32,000 nucleotides of DNA from Chthonomonas calidirosea T49. Lineage in GTDB: Bacteria > Armatimonadota > Chthonomonadetes > Chthonomonadales > Chthonomonadaceae. Under the pieces are notes generated by a model. That model was given only the letters and a program-made list of their open reading frames with translations. It was not told the origin of the DNA and made no database searches. The stretch is taken from the NCBI RefSeq assembly GCF_000427095.1, contig NC_021487.1:1629146-1661145 (forward strand), written 5' to 3'. This document shows, one piece after another, positions 1-8,950 of this stretch. The translations under genes and the position numbers were made by a program. Every line of letters begins with the position of its first letter. Positions within the stretch are counted from its first letter, which is position 1.

Positions 1-1799
1 GCGGGCGCCTTCTCCCAGAGGTAGACGGCATCTGCCCAGCGTGTATCCATCGGGGTCGCACCCTACGCCGTGTGGCCAGCTACCTCCGTCCCTACCGTCT
101 GCAGGCGGTGGGCCTTGCCCTGCTTGGGGTTCTTACCACCACACTGAATCTCGTGCCGCCCAAGCTTCAAGCGCTCATCATTGACCATGTGTTCAGCACC
201 CACCGCAACTACACCTTTCTGCTTGAGATGGCCGGCATCTGGCTTGGGGTCGTTGTGGCGGCCACGTTCGTGCAGATCCTCAATGGCCGTCTCATCGCCT
301 ATCTTGCGGGGCATATCGCCGCTGATCTGCGCGCTGCCGTCTACCGCGCCGTCGAGTTCCTGCAGGTAAGCTACTTCGACAAGAAACAGGTGGGAGCTAT
401 CGTTAGCCGCATCACACAAGACACCGATCGCATCTGGGGGTTTTTGGTGGATGGCATGCCCTTCCTGATCGCCAACGCGCTCATGCTGCTGGGCATCGCC
501 TGCGTGCTGCTTTGGATTAACTGGCGCCTCACTCTCGCCATTTTAGCCCCGATGCCGATTGTGGTCATCCTAAGTGCCGTCTTTTGGAAGCCGATCAGCC
601 AGATGTTCTTTCGCGTAGGGCAAAAATGGGCGCGCTTCCATACGCACCTCAACGAGTCGATCTCCGGTATTCGCATCGTAAAAGCATTCACCCGTGAAAA
701 CACCGAGTTCGCCAAATTTCAGGCGTGCAACAGAGAGCTCCGCGATGCAGGTATACAGGCCGATACCCGCTGGTACACCGTGTTCGGCGCGATGACGTTC
801 TTCATCGCCTCCGGTGGCTTGATCAACTGGGTTTACGGGGGCTGGATGGTCTATCGCGGACAGATGTCACTGGGCAACTTCGTGATGGTGAACTCCCTGT
901 TGGGGCTCGTTTATGGCCCACTCATGTGGTTTGGCGACCTTAATCAGTGGTTTACACGCGCCATGGCAGGAGCAGAGCGCATCTTTGAGGTGATAGATGC
1001 CGAGCCTGAACCGCATGCGCGCGGTGGCATTCGCCATGCGATCGTGGGCGAGGTGGCATTCTGCGATGTGCGCTTCGGTTACGATAAGTCGAACCCGGTG
1101 CTAAAAGGGCTTACCTTCACCGCGAAGCCGGGCGAGATGATCGGCCTAGTGGGCAAATCGGGCGCCGGCAAATCTACCACCATCAATCTCATCTGCCGTT
1201 TTTACGAGCCGGATGCGGGCGTCATCCGCATAGATGGCATAGACTATCGGGAGATCGCCCTGGAAGATCTTAGGCGCCAAATTGGCATCGTTCCCCAAGA
1301 GCCTTTTCTCTTCCACGGCACCATCGCCGAAAACATCTCTTATGGACGCCCAGATGCCCGTTTTGAAGAGATCGTGGAGGCCGCAAAGGCGGCTAACGCC
1401 CATCAATTCATTCTCGCCAAACCGGACGGCTACGACACCGTGATAGGAGAGCGAGGAACCAAGCTCTCCGGTGGTGAGAGGCAGCGCATCGCCATCGCCC
1501 GCGCGATCCTGCACGACCCTCGTATCCTCATCCTCGATGAGGCCACCTCCTCTGTGGATGTGGAGACAGAAAAGCAGATTCAAGAGGCCCTACAGCGTTT
1601 GGTGAAAGGTCGCACAACCTTTGCCATCGCTCATCGTCTCTCCACGCTGCGAAACGCCGATCGGCTCATCGTACTGGAAAAAGGCGAGATCGTTGAAACG
1701 GGCACACACGCCGAGCTGATGGAGCGCCAGGGCGTGTTCTATAACCTCGTGCAGACGCAGTCTCAAGTAACTCAAATCATCGAGATCGGCACAGTATAG
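1..1799 (+). CDS. ABC exporter, fused permease/ATPase (MsbA/multidrug-exporter type); 5' end probably outside the window
   Basis: An N-terminal multi-helix ABC membrane domain is followed by an NBD with Walker A GKSGAGKST, signature LSGGERQR, Walker B ILILDEATS and H-loop AHRLST. The frame is open from nt 3. The only start before the body is GTG at 72, with no SD, so the gene likely begins upstream. The in-frame upstream peptide is ...DGICPACIHRGRTLRR. Confidence 0.9.
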   Translation, partial: GRLLPEVDGICPACIHRGRTLRRVASYLRPYRLQAVGLALLGVLTTTLNLVPPKLQALIIDHVFSTHRNYTFLLEMAGIWLGVVVAATFVQILNGRLIAYLAGHIAADLRAAVYRAVEFLQVSYFDKKQVGAIVSRITQDTDRIWGFLVDGMPFLIANALMLLGIACVLLWINWRLTLAILAPMPIVVILSAVFWKPISQMFFRVGQKWARFHTHLNESISGIRIVKAFTRENTEFAKFQACNRELRDAGIQADTRWYTVFGAMTFFIASGGLINWVYGGWMVYRGQMSLGNFVMVNSLLGLVYGPLMWFGDLNQWFTRAMAGAERIFEVIDAEPEPHARGGIRHAIVGEVAFCDVRFGYDKSNPVLKGLTFTAKPGEMIGLVGKSGAGKSTTINLICRFYEPDAGVIRIDGIDYREIALEDLRRQIGIVPQEPFLFHGTIAENISYGRPDARFEEIVEAAKAANAHQFILAKPDGYDTVIGERGTKLSGGERQRIAIARAILHDPRILILDEATSSVDVETEKQIQEALQRLVKGRTTFAIAHRLSTLRNADRLIVLEKGEIVETGTHAELMERQGVFYNLVQTQSQVTQIIEIGTV

Positions 1800-1808
1800 G
1801 AGGCCGTA

Positions 1809-2297
1809 ATGGAACACGAACCCCCAAAGGTTGCGAACCTCAGACTGTTTTACGCTCCCGCTGACCAGCTTCGGCTTACCGTGGATGAGGAGCGCTCCTA
1901 CCTCACCGTGAAACCGGTATGGGCGGCACCCCTTTCGCATCCGGGGCGCTATCTCTGTCTCCTTGATGCGAGAGGAGAGGAGATCGTCATGATCGAAAAC
2001 CCGCGTGACCTACCGCCCGATTCTTGGCAGGCCGTGCAGATGGAGCTACGAAGGCGCTACCTTACCGCCTTTGTGAAATGCATTCTCAACGTGCGCGTGG
2101 AGTATGGAGCTACCTACTGGTCGGTTCATACAGATCGCGGAGAGCGCGAGTTCGTGACTCAGAGTCTGCAGGAGAACGTGCACTGGTTCTCCCCAACACA
2201 TCTGCAACTCATAGATGTGGACGGCAACCGCTTTGAAATACCCGATATCCGTGCTCTTGACCTTCGTAGCCAGATGCTGCTAGAGAGCGTGCTCTAG
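1809..2297 (+). CDS. DUF1854 family protein (ABC-transporter-associated)
   Basis: The ATG lies 9 nt after the ABC stop, with AGGAGG at 1798-1803 and a 5-nt spacer. The 162-aa sequence (LRLTVDEERSYLTVKPVWAAPLSHPGRYLCLLD...EIVMIENPRDLP) matches my recollection of DUF1854, a family typically found directly downstream of this ABC exporter type. Confidence 0.7.
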   Translation: MEHEPPKVANLRLFYAPADQLRLTVDEERSYLTVKPVWAAPLSHPGRYLCLLDARGEEIVMIENPRDLPPDSWQAVQMELRRRYLTAFVKCILNVRVEYGATYWSVHTDRGEREFVTQSLQENVHWFSPTHLQLIDVDGNRFEIPDIRALDLRSQMLLESVL

Positions 2298-4813
2298 CTC
2301 TGCACACTTCTGCCATGGAGGGCACGAAGCGCACACAGCACAATCGGCACGAGCTCCGCAGTGGGTGGCAAGGTATTGGCTTTGTCAAGAAAGTCGAGAA
2401 GCACACGCTTTTCCGATTTTACATGGGATTTTGAGAGGTGGCGCGGCGCAGCAAGAAGTAGGGCAAGCGCGGTCGCATTCTCGTTGTGAAGCAAGGCGGC
2501 CTCAATGTCGGCAATGGGAAAGTTTCGCGGCAGCTCGGAGATCACCTTCAGCAGCGCCCCTTCCCCTTCACGCTCCGCATACGACAGCAGGCCGTAGACG
2601 CAATCCCCTATCCCCAACAGACGCCCAACGGCATGGGCTACCTGCCGACGTGCCACGGGAGAGGGAAGGCGCGCAAGCTGCTTGGCAAGTGCAAATGTCG
2701 CTCCCGTATCTGTTAACCGCACGAGCGCATCGGCAAGAATAGGAATGAGCGATGGCTCCGTATCTGGCTGTTCGAGCAGGGAGCGGAGGAGAGGAAGCGC
2801 GCTTTTTTCCCCTATATCTCCCAAAGCGCGTACAATAGCCCTTCGCAACGGGTGCCCAACGGGCAATCGCTTAAACCGTTCGCTCAAAGGCTGCACGGCT
2901 TTTGAAGCGCCTGCTTCGCCCAAAGCGAACGTAAGGGCTTCGAGTCGCTGACCATCCTCTTCCGTTGAGAAGAGACGAATAAGCGCATCAACCGCATCGG
3001 CCCCGCCCAACTTACCGAGCGCACGCACCAACGCGAAGCGATCGCTTTCGGAAAGCGCCTCTTGGGGGCCCTTCAACAGCGTGATCAGGGCCTGATTGGC
3101 GCGCCTATCTCCAAGCTTCCCTAAAGCCCTAGCGATCTCCCCAACAATATCGGTGCCGGTATCTTCAAGCGCCTTTAAAAGCAGATCCACAGCGCTTGTA
3201 TCTGCCGTCTCCCCCAAAGCCCGAGCGGCCTCGGCACGTACCGCTCGGCTGGGATCGCTTAAAGCTCTCCCTAGCTCCTCTATGGCGAGATGACTGCCTT
3301 TTTCCGTGAGCCCTTCGGCCGCTCGTCTCCGAGCCTCCTCCTCGGCCGCCCTTTGTAACGTACGAATATAGCGCCATTGGCGTAAACCAGAGCGGCCTAG
3401 ATCTTGAAGCACTTTTGTGGTCGAAACGGCCCCCTTATCTTCCAAAGAGCGCAGAAAAGGTAGCGCGGCTAGACGCATGACGGCTGCCAAGGCAAAAAGA
3501 AGATGATAGTTAATGATGGACAGGCCGAACAGCGAGATATGAACGCCAGCAAGCATCTGCAGAAGAATACCACCCACCATAGGGGCGATACCACCGATAA
3601 GGCCTGTAACTGCAGAGAGCGTGGCAGCATAGGTGGCCGTGCGTTGCGGTGGACTGCAGGCTATAATGAGATTGAACTGCGTCAGCCCGACCCCTGCCCA
3701 AAACAGACCACTGCCTAAGCTGTTGAATAACAGCAGAATAAGCGACAAAACGAGGTGATGAGGACTTGTGGGTATCCAAAAGAAGGGTAAGGTGAAAACG
3801 CCCACAACGTTCAAAACCAAAATCGGCTTGTTGCCAAACCGATCGGCCAAAAACCCCCATAAAGGCATCCCCAACATATTGCTGACCCCTACCACGGCAG
3901 CGAGTATCTGCATCCAAACATAGTTCAGACGGAGTATCTGCAGACCGTAGGCCGTAAAAAAAGGGGCGGCCACGAACTGACCAATGCAGAACACCGCGCT
4001 AAATAGCAGCAGCGCACGAAAGTTTGGATCGGCAAACGGAGCCCGATAGTGGTCTAGAAAACTTTGTCGTGACGCTTCCCCTTGGGTCGTAGCGGAAGAG
4101 GGCGTCGGCTCCGGCTGACGTAGAATCAGCACAAGAGAGAGCACAGCGCCCAATAGGCCTGCCGCAAAAACCACCGCAAAACCCATTGCTGGTTGCCGTC
4201 GGCTATGCACCATATAGTCGAGAAACCAGGCGGCCAACATGCCAACCAGCATGCCAACAAAACCAGCCACCATGTTGCGCCGCCCAAAATAACGGCCTCG
4301 ATGATCGGGCGGAACAAGGTCGGACATCCAAGAAGTCCAGGCAGGTTGAGGCATACTTGTAAGGATGGAAGAGAGCGTAAAAAGCAACAGAAAACCCACT
4401 AGTGCCAACGACCTTGGCAAGAAGAAGGGCAGAAGCAGAATGGGCAGCCAAAGCATGCGCCCATAAAAAGAGCACCAGGCCACAAACGGCTTACGGGCGC
4501 TTTTCTGCTCGGCCCAGTAGGCTGCAATCGGTTGGGTAAGAGCCGCTAAGGTGGGAATAGCGCTTAGAAGGCCGATGGCAAAACTGTCTGCATGAAGCCA
4601 AAGAGCAAAACCTGTGAGAAAGGCGCCACCGGTAAGCGTGATCCAGACCGTGGCCGCTGCCCCCTCCCAAATAGATATCTGCAGCCCTTGCAGCACCTCC
4701 CAACGGTTCAGGGAACGCGCGTTGGAGCTCTCTGCCTTTTGCTCGTGTTGCGTTTGAGTGCTCTCCATTCCTCCTAAAATCCGGCGAAATAGAGGTGTGG
4801 CATCGTATGCCAT
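2294..4813 (-). CDS. MFS transporter fused to a C-terminal HEAT-repeat (PBS-lyase-like) domain
   Basis: Of 839 aa, about aa 35-455 are hydrophobic with roughly 12 helices and MFS-like loops (DLVPPDHRGRYFGRRN; LADRFGNKP). About aa 500-735 carry repeated HEAT_2-type units (AVRAEAARALGE.., IARALGKLGD.., LVRALGKLGG.., IVRALGDIGE..). Confidence 0.8.
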   Translation of the reverse strand: MAYDATPLFRRILGGMESTQTQHEQKAESSNARSLNRWEVLQGLQISIWEGAAATVWITLTGGAFLTGFALWLHADSFAIGLLSAIPTLAALTQPIAAYWAEQKSARKPFVAWCSFYGRMLWLPILLLPFFLPRSLALVGFLLLFTLSSILTSMPQPAWTSWMSDLVPPDHRGRYFGRRNMVAGFVGMLVGMLAAWFLDYMVHSRRQPAMGFAVVFAAGLLGAVLSLVLILRQPEPTPSSATTQGEASRQSFLDHYRAPFADPNFRALLLFSAVFCIGQFVAAPFFTAYGLQILRLNYVWMQILAAVVGVSNMLGMPLWGFLADRFGNKPILVLNVVGVFTLPFFWIPTSPHHLVLSLILLLFNSLGSGLFWAGVGLTQFNLIIACSPPQRTATYAATLSAVTGLIGGIAPMVGGILLQMLAGVHISLFGLSIINYHLLFALAAVMRLAALPFLRSLEDKGAVSTTKVLQDLGRSGLRQWRYIRTLQRAAEEEARRRAAEGLTEKGSHLAIEELGRALSDPSRAVRAEAARALGETADTSAVDLLLKALEDTGTDIVGEIARALGKLGDRRANQALITLLKGPQEALSESDRFALVRALGKLGGADAVDALIRLFSTEEDGQRLEALTFALGEAGASKAVQPLSERFKRLPVGHPLRRAIVRALGDIGEKSALPLLRSLLEQPDTEPSLIPILADALVRLTDTGATFALAKQLARLPSPVARRQVAHAVGRLLGIGDCVYGLLSYAEREGEGALLKVISELPRNFPIADIEAALLHNENATALALLLAAPRHLSKSHVKSEKRVLLDFLDKANTLPPTAELVPIVLCALRALHGRSVQS

Positions 4814-4876
4814 CGTCCACCGGCAACTATGTTACCTTGAAGGAAGCCTATTGCCGCCTCCCTTTTTAAGGGGTAA

Positions 4877-6934
4877 ATGCAGGATTCGCCCGAGAAGATG
4901 AAGAAAAAAGTTTTCAGAAACCTTATTGACAAAGGAGTTGCAGAGGAAATGACCGTCGAAACGATAGGCGGTACCGCAGGATGGCAGCTCGACTACGCCT
5001 TTCCTCCTCCGCCGGAGTTCGCACGCCAAGCTAATATACGTGACCCAGAGATCTACGACCGCGCTGCAGCGGACTTCGAGAAGTTTTGGGCCGATTTCGC
5101 TGCAGAGCTGGACTGGATGCAGCCGTGGCACCGCATTCTTGAATGGAACCCGCCTCACGCCAAATGGTTCTTGGGTGGCAAGCTCAACGTGAGTGTCAAC
5201 TGCGTAGACAGACACCTCAAAACACATCCCGATAAAGTCGCCATTTTGTGGGAGGGCGAGCCAGGCGATATGAGAACGCTTACCTTTCGACAGCTGCATA
5301 AGGAGGTGAACCAGTTCGCAGCGGCCTTGCATTCTATAGGGGTGTCCAAAGGCGATCGGGTGACCATCTACATGCCGATGGTTCCTGAAGCCGTCATCGC
5401 CATGCTGGCTTGTACCCGCATAGGTGCAATGCACTCCGTGGTCTTCGGCGGCTTTTCGGCCGATAGCCTGCGCGAGCGCACCAACGATTGCGGTGCCAAA
5501 GTGGTGCTGACAGCCGATGGCTATTGGCGGCGCGGCAATATCGTGCCCCTGAAAAAGACAACTGACGAGGCTCTCACCGGTTGTCCAACTGTTGAGAAGG
5601 TCGTTGTGTTGCGCCGTATTGGCGAACAGGCCTCGATTACCATGCAGCCTGGCCGTGATATTTGGTGGCATGAGCTGGTGGCCTCTGCGCCTGCAGAGTA
5701 TCCTCCTGAGCCCATGGACTCGGAAGACCCTCTCTACGTGCTCTACACTTCCGGCAGCACCGGAAAGCCGAAAGGCATCTTGCACACGACTGGCGGCTAC
5801 CTTACCGGGGTGTATGCCACCACGAAAATGGTTTTTGACCTTAAACCCAACGACATCTACTGGTGCACGGCGGATGTAGGTTGGGTAACAGGGCATTCCT
5901 ACGTGGTCTATGGGCCGCTGGCCAATGGGGCTACCGTTGTTATGTACGAGGGATCGCCCGACTGGTCACGCGATGGCAAACCGTGCCAAGATCGCTTTTG
6001 GGACATCATCGAGAGGCATAAAGTAACTATTCTCTACACGGCACCAACCCTTATCCGTGCCTCTATGAAGTGGGGCGAGGAGCCACCCGCTCGTCACGAC
6101 CTCTCTAGCCTGCGGTTGCTTGGCACGGTCGGCGAGCCGATTAACCCAGAAGCGTGGCTTTGGTACCATAAAAACATCGGACACGAGCGCTGTCCCATTG
6201 TGGACACTTGGTGGCAAACCGAAACCGGCGCGATTATGATCTCGCCTCTGCCCGGCATCACCACCACGCGTCCGGGCAGTGCCACTAAGCCGCTCCCCGG
6301 CATCTTTGCCGACGTGGTGGACGAGCAGGGTAACTCCTTGCCACCAGGGCAGAAGGGCATTCTTGTGATTACAAAGCCCTGGCCTTCCATGCTGCGCACG
6401 CTCTGGGGCGACGACGAGCGCTATAAACAGGTCTATTGGTCGCGCTATCCCGGCCGGTACTTCCCCGGCGACGGCGCCATGCGCGATGCCGATGGCAACT
6501 TTTGGCTGCTCGGCCGAGTAGACGACATCCTGCTGGTGGCCGGCCATAACATCTCCACCATGGAGATGGAAAGCGTGCTAGTGGAGCACCCGGCGGTTGC
6601 GGAAGCAGCCGTCATCGGAAAAGCCCACGAGATAAAAGGCCAAGCGCCCGTAGCCTTTGTCATTGTGCGCCAACAATATGCTCCTCAGGATGCCGCGGCA
6701 GCAGAGAGGCTACGACAAGAGCTGAAGGAGTTTGTCGCTAAGAAACTAGGGGCTATCTGCCGACCCGACGATGTGATCTTAACCGCCGATCTTCCAAAAA
6801 CGCGCTCCGGCAAAATCATGCGGCGCCTTCTACGCGACATCGCCGAAGGACGTGTGCTTGGTGACACGACGACATTGGCCGATCCTACGGTTGTAGCAAA
6901 TCTGCGCAAAAAGTACGAGGGGACGGAAGCCTAA
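4877..6934 (+). CDS. acs: Acetyl-CoA synthetase (AMP-forming)
   Basis: Full-length Acs-like sequence with AMP-binding motif [18 protein letters not shown], and C-terminal [14 protein letters not shown] containing the regulatory Lys. The start is uncertain: ATG at 4877, 4898 or 4949. Starting at 4949 (MTVETIG...) gives a more typical N-terminus of 661 aa. Confidence 0.93.
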   Translation: MQDSPEKMKKKVFRNLIDKGVAEEMTVETIGGTAGWQLDYAFPPPPEFARQANIRDPEIYDRAAADFEKFWADFAAELDWMQPWHRILEWNPPHAKWFLGGKLNVSVNCVDRHLKTHPDKVAILWEGEPGDMRTLTFRQLHKEVNQFAAALHSIGVSKGDRVTIYMPMVPEAVIAMLACTRIGAMHSVVFGGFSADSLRERTNDCGAKVVLTADGYWRRGNIVPLKKTTDEALTGCPTVEKVVVLRRIGEQASITMQPGRDIWWHELVASAPAEYPPEPMDSEDPLYVLYTSGSTGKPKGILHTTGGYLTGVYATTKMVFDLKPNDIYWCTADVGWVTGHSYVVYGPLANGATVVMYEGSPDWSRDGKPCQDRFWDIIERHKVTILYTAPTLIRASMKWGEEPPARHDLSSLRLLGTVGEPINPEAWLWYHKNIGHERCPIVDTWWQTETGAIMISPLPGITTTRPGSATKPLPGIFADVVDEQGNSLPPGQKGILVITKPWPSMLRTLWGDDERYKQVYWSRYPGRYFPGDGAMRDADGNFWLLGRVDDILLVAGHNISTMEMESVLVEHPAVAEAAVIGKAHEIKGQAPVAFVIVRQQYAPQDAAAAERLRQELKEFVAKKLGAICRPDDVILTADLPKTRSGKIMRRLLRDIAEGRVLGDTTTLADPTVVANLRKKYEGTEA

Positions 6935-7025
6935 GCGAATCGTTCGCCTTCATCCGCGATGTCTCAAAAGCAGACAAGAGATAGCCAAAAATTTGCTTTT
7001 GAGTGGACGCGAGAGGAGCGAGATC

Positions 7026-8429
7026 GTGAGTTGGGCATCGTCGGAAGCGCGGCGGCTTGAAGGCGATAGGCTACAAGCGCAGGGGCAATACGAGCAGGCT
7101 CTAGCATGCTATCAGCAAGCGATAGCCCTAGAGCCTGCCAACATCTATGCGCTGAACAACATGGCCGTTCTCTTGGTAGAGCACAACGGTGCGCAGGATG
7201 CCGAGGAGATTTGTCGTCGTGCCCTCTCGATGCGAGGTGACCTAGCTGAACTGCACTACAACCTAGGACGTGCACTGGCCAAGCAAGAACGCTTCCATGA
7301 AGCCATCGCTGCCTATGAACATGCGCTAGACCTTGCCCCTAACATGGCCGAGGCCTATAACATGCTCGGCAACGCGTGGCGCGCTTTGGGCATCATTGAT
7401 AAGGCGGAGCACTGCTATCGGCAAGCGGTTTCTCTGAAGCCAGAATCGGCCGAGTTTCGGGTAAATAGAGGGCTTACCGCTCTTTTACAAGGTCGTTATG
7501 AGGAGGGCTTCGCCGATTTTGAGCGCCGCTTTGCGCTAGCTGCCGTTCATCTTCCCCCTCTCCCGCGGGGTCGCCCATGGCATGGCGAACCGCTTAGAGG
7601 ACGTACGCTATTGGTGCGATTTGAAGGAGGCTTCGGCGATACCCTCCACTTCCTGCGCTATCTTACGCCCATAAGAGCTGCAGGTGCGCGCGTGCTGCTG
7701 GAATGCCAGCCGGAGCTAGCTCGCCTACTGAGTTGGTGCGCCGATGCCGATGCTGTGATTTCCGCCGTGCGCCCCAATCCACCTTCCGAGCCATTCGATT
7801 TTCATGTCTCTCTGCTCAGCCTCCCCTATCATCTCTGGAAAACCCATGGGTCGCTCTCACAGTCCGTGCCCTACATTAAAGCGCCGCCCAAACTCGAGCG
7901 CGTCTGGCGAGAAAAACTCACTCAGAAAAGCGACGGGCTGCGCGTTGGGGTGGTTTGGGCAGGAAACCCATACTATCCCAACGACAAAAAGCGTTCGTGT
8001 CCCATCGAGCGGTTTTCATCGCTCTTTGAGGTCGCTGAGGCCGCATTCTACAGCCTACAAAAAGGAGGGGCTAGCGAGTACGCACAACCCATTCTCCGCC
8101 AATGGGGGGTACAAGACCTCTCGCAGGAACTGCGCGATTTTGCCGATACGGCGGCGGCCATCGCTGCGCTCGACCTCGTGATCAGTGTGGATACCGCGGT
8201 AGCCCATTTGGCGGGCGCCATGGGAAAGCCGGTTTGGGTGTTGTTGCCCTTCTCTCCCGATTGGCGCTGGGGCATGACAGGAGGAACCACCGTTTGGTAC
8301 CCTTCTATGCGCCTCTTTCGCCAGACTCAAAGAGACGATTGGCAGGGCGTTCTAGAGCAGGTTGCAGACCAGCTGCGAGCCGATCTCAAAAGCAAGGACG
8401 GCCTTAGGCCAACTTCGGCAGCGCCATAA
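7026..8429 (+). CDS. TPR-repeat protein with C-terminal glycosyltransferase family 9 (heptosyltransferase-like) domain
   Basis: The N-terminal ~170 aa are TPR units (AIALEPANIYALNNMA.., ALDLAPNMAEAYNMLG.., AVSLKPESAEF). The C-terminal part has GT9-like motifs (GGFGDTLHFLRYL, VWAGNP, DLVISVDTAVAHLAGAMGKPVWVLLP). I prefer GTG at 7026 (GAGGAG at 7013-7018, 7-nt spacer) over TTG at 6993. Confidence 0.75.
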   Translation: MSWASSEARRLEGDRLQAQGQYEQALACYQQAIALEPANIYALNNMAVLLVEHNGAQDAEEICRRALSMRGDLAELHYNLGRALAKQERFHEAIAAYEHALDLAPNMAEAYNMLGNAWRALGIIDKAEHCYRQAVSLKPESAEFRVNRGLTALLQGRYEEGFADFERRFALAAVHLPPLPRGRPWHGEPLRGRTLLVRFEGGFGDTLHFLRYLTPIRAAGARVLLECQPELARLLSWCADADAVISAVRPNPPSEPFDFHVSLLSLPYHLWKTHGSLSQSVPYIKAPPKLERVWREKLTQKSDGLRVGVVWAGNPYYPNDKKRSCPIERFSSLFEVAEAAFYSLQKGGASEYAQPILRQWGVQDLSQELRDFADTAAAIAALDLVISVDTAVAHLAGAMGKPVWVLLPFSPDWRWGMTGGTTVWYPSMRLFRQTQRDDWQGVLEQVADQLRADLKSKDGLRPTSAAP

Positions 8430-8937
8430 AGAAAGAGGCTATCGTTTTCGCGTCCTCTATCTCCCCCCGCAGAATCCGTTGATGCAGGTCCTCTATAGGA
8501 ACGAGGACAAGCTGAAGGCGCTCATCATGGTCTGCGTGTGCCTCTCCAACGGCCAGTTCCGTTGCTAAAAAAGCGTGGATTTTCTCCGATGAGTAGCCAG
8601 GGGCCACATAAAAAGCGCCCAGAAACAGCAGGTTTCCCGCTCGGTAGCCCGTCTCTTCCTCCAGTTCACGCGCAGCGGCCTCCTCAATTGGCTCGCCGCT
8701 CTCTAATGTGCCGGCAGGGGCCTCTAACAACACCTTGCCCGCCGGCAGACGAAACTGCCTCACCAGCAGCACATGCCCATCCTTCACGGGCACAATGCAC
8801 ACCGCGCCTCGATGCTCCACGATCTCCCGATGCGACACGGTGCCATCGGCCAAACGCACCTTATCTACGCGTAGATGCAGGATGCGTCCCCGAAATATCT
8901 CCTCGGAGGCAATGACCTCTTCTTTCAGTTCTTCCAT
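8404..8937 (-). CDS. Nudix hydrolase, ADP-ribose pyrophosphatase-like
   Basis: The Nudix box GTLESGEPIEEAAARELEEETGY sits in an ADPRase-like context (REIVEHRGAVCIVP...VRQFR). It lies 13 nt downstream of yvcK. Its 3' end overlaps the convergent TPR-GT gene by 26 nt. Confidence 0.85.
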   Translation of the reverse strand: MEELKEEVIASEEIFRGRILHLRVDKVRLADGTVSHREIVEHRGAVCIVPVKDGHVLLVRQFRLPAGKVLLEAPAGTLESGEPIEEAAARELEEETGYRAGNLLFLGAFYVAPGYSSEKIHAFLATELAVGEAHADHDERLQLVLVPIEDLHQRILRGEIEDAKTIASFFMALPKLA

Positions 8938-8950
8938 TCTGTTCTCTCAC

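Noticed and set aside
1590-1940. 116-aa minus-strand ORF spanning the ABC/DUF1854 junction
   Set aside because: It overlaps two well-supported plus-strand genes and their SD, so it is a shadow ORF.
4832-5896. 354-aa minus-strand ORF covering the 5' third of acs
   Set aside because: It is antisense to a full-length, motif-rich acs gene. It has no recognisable motifs and the Arg/Gly/His-rich composition typical of shadow ORFs in GC-rich DNA.
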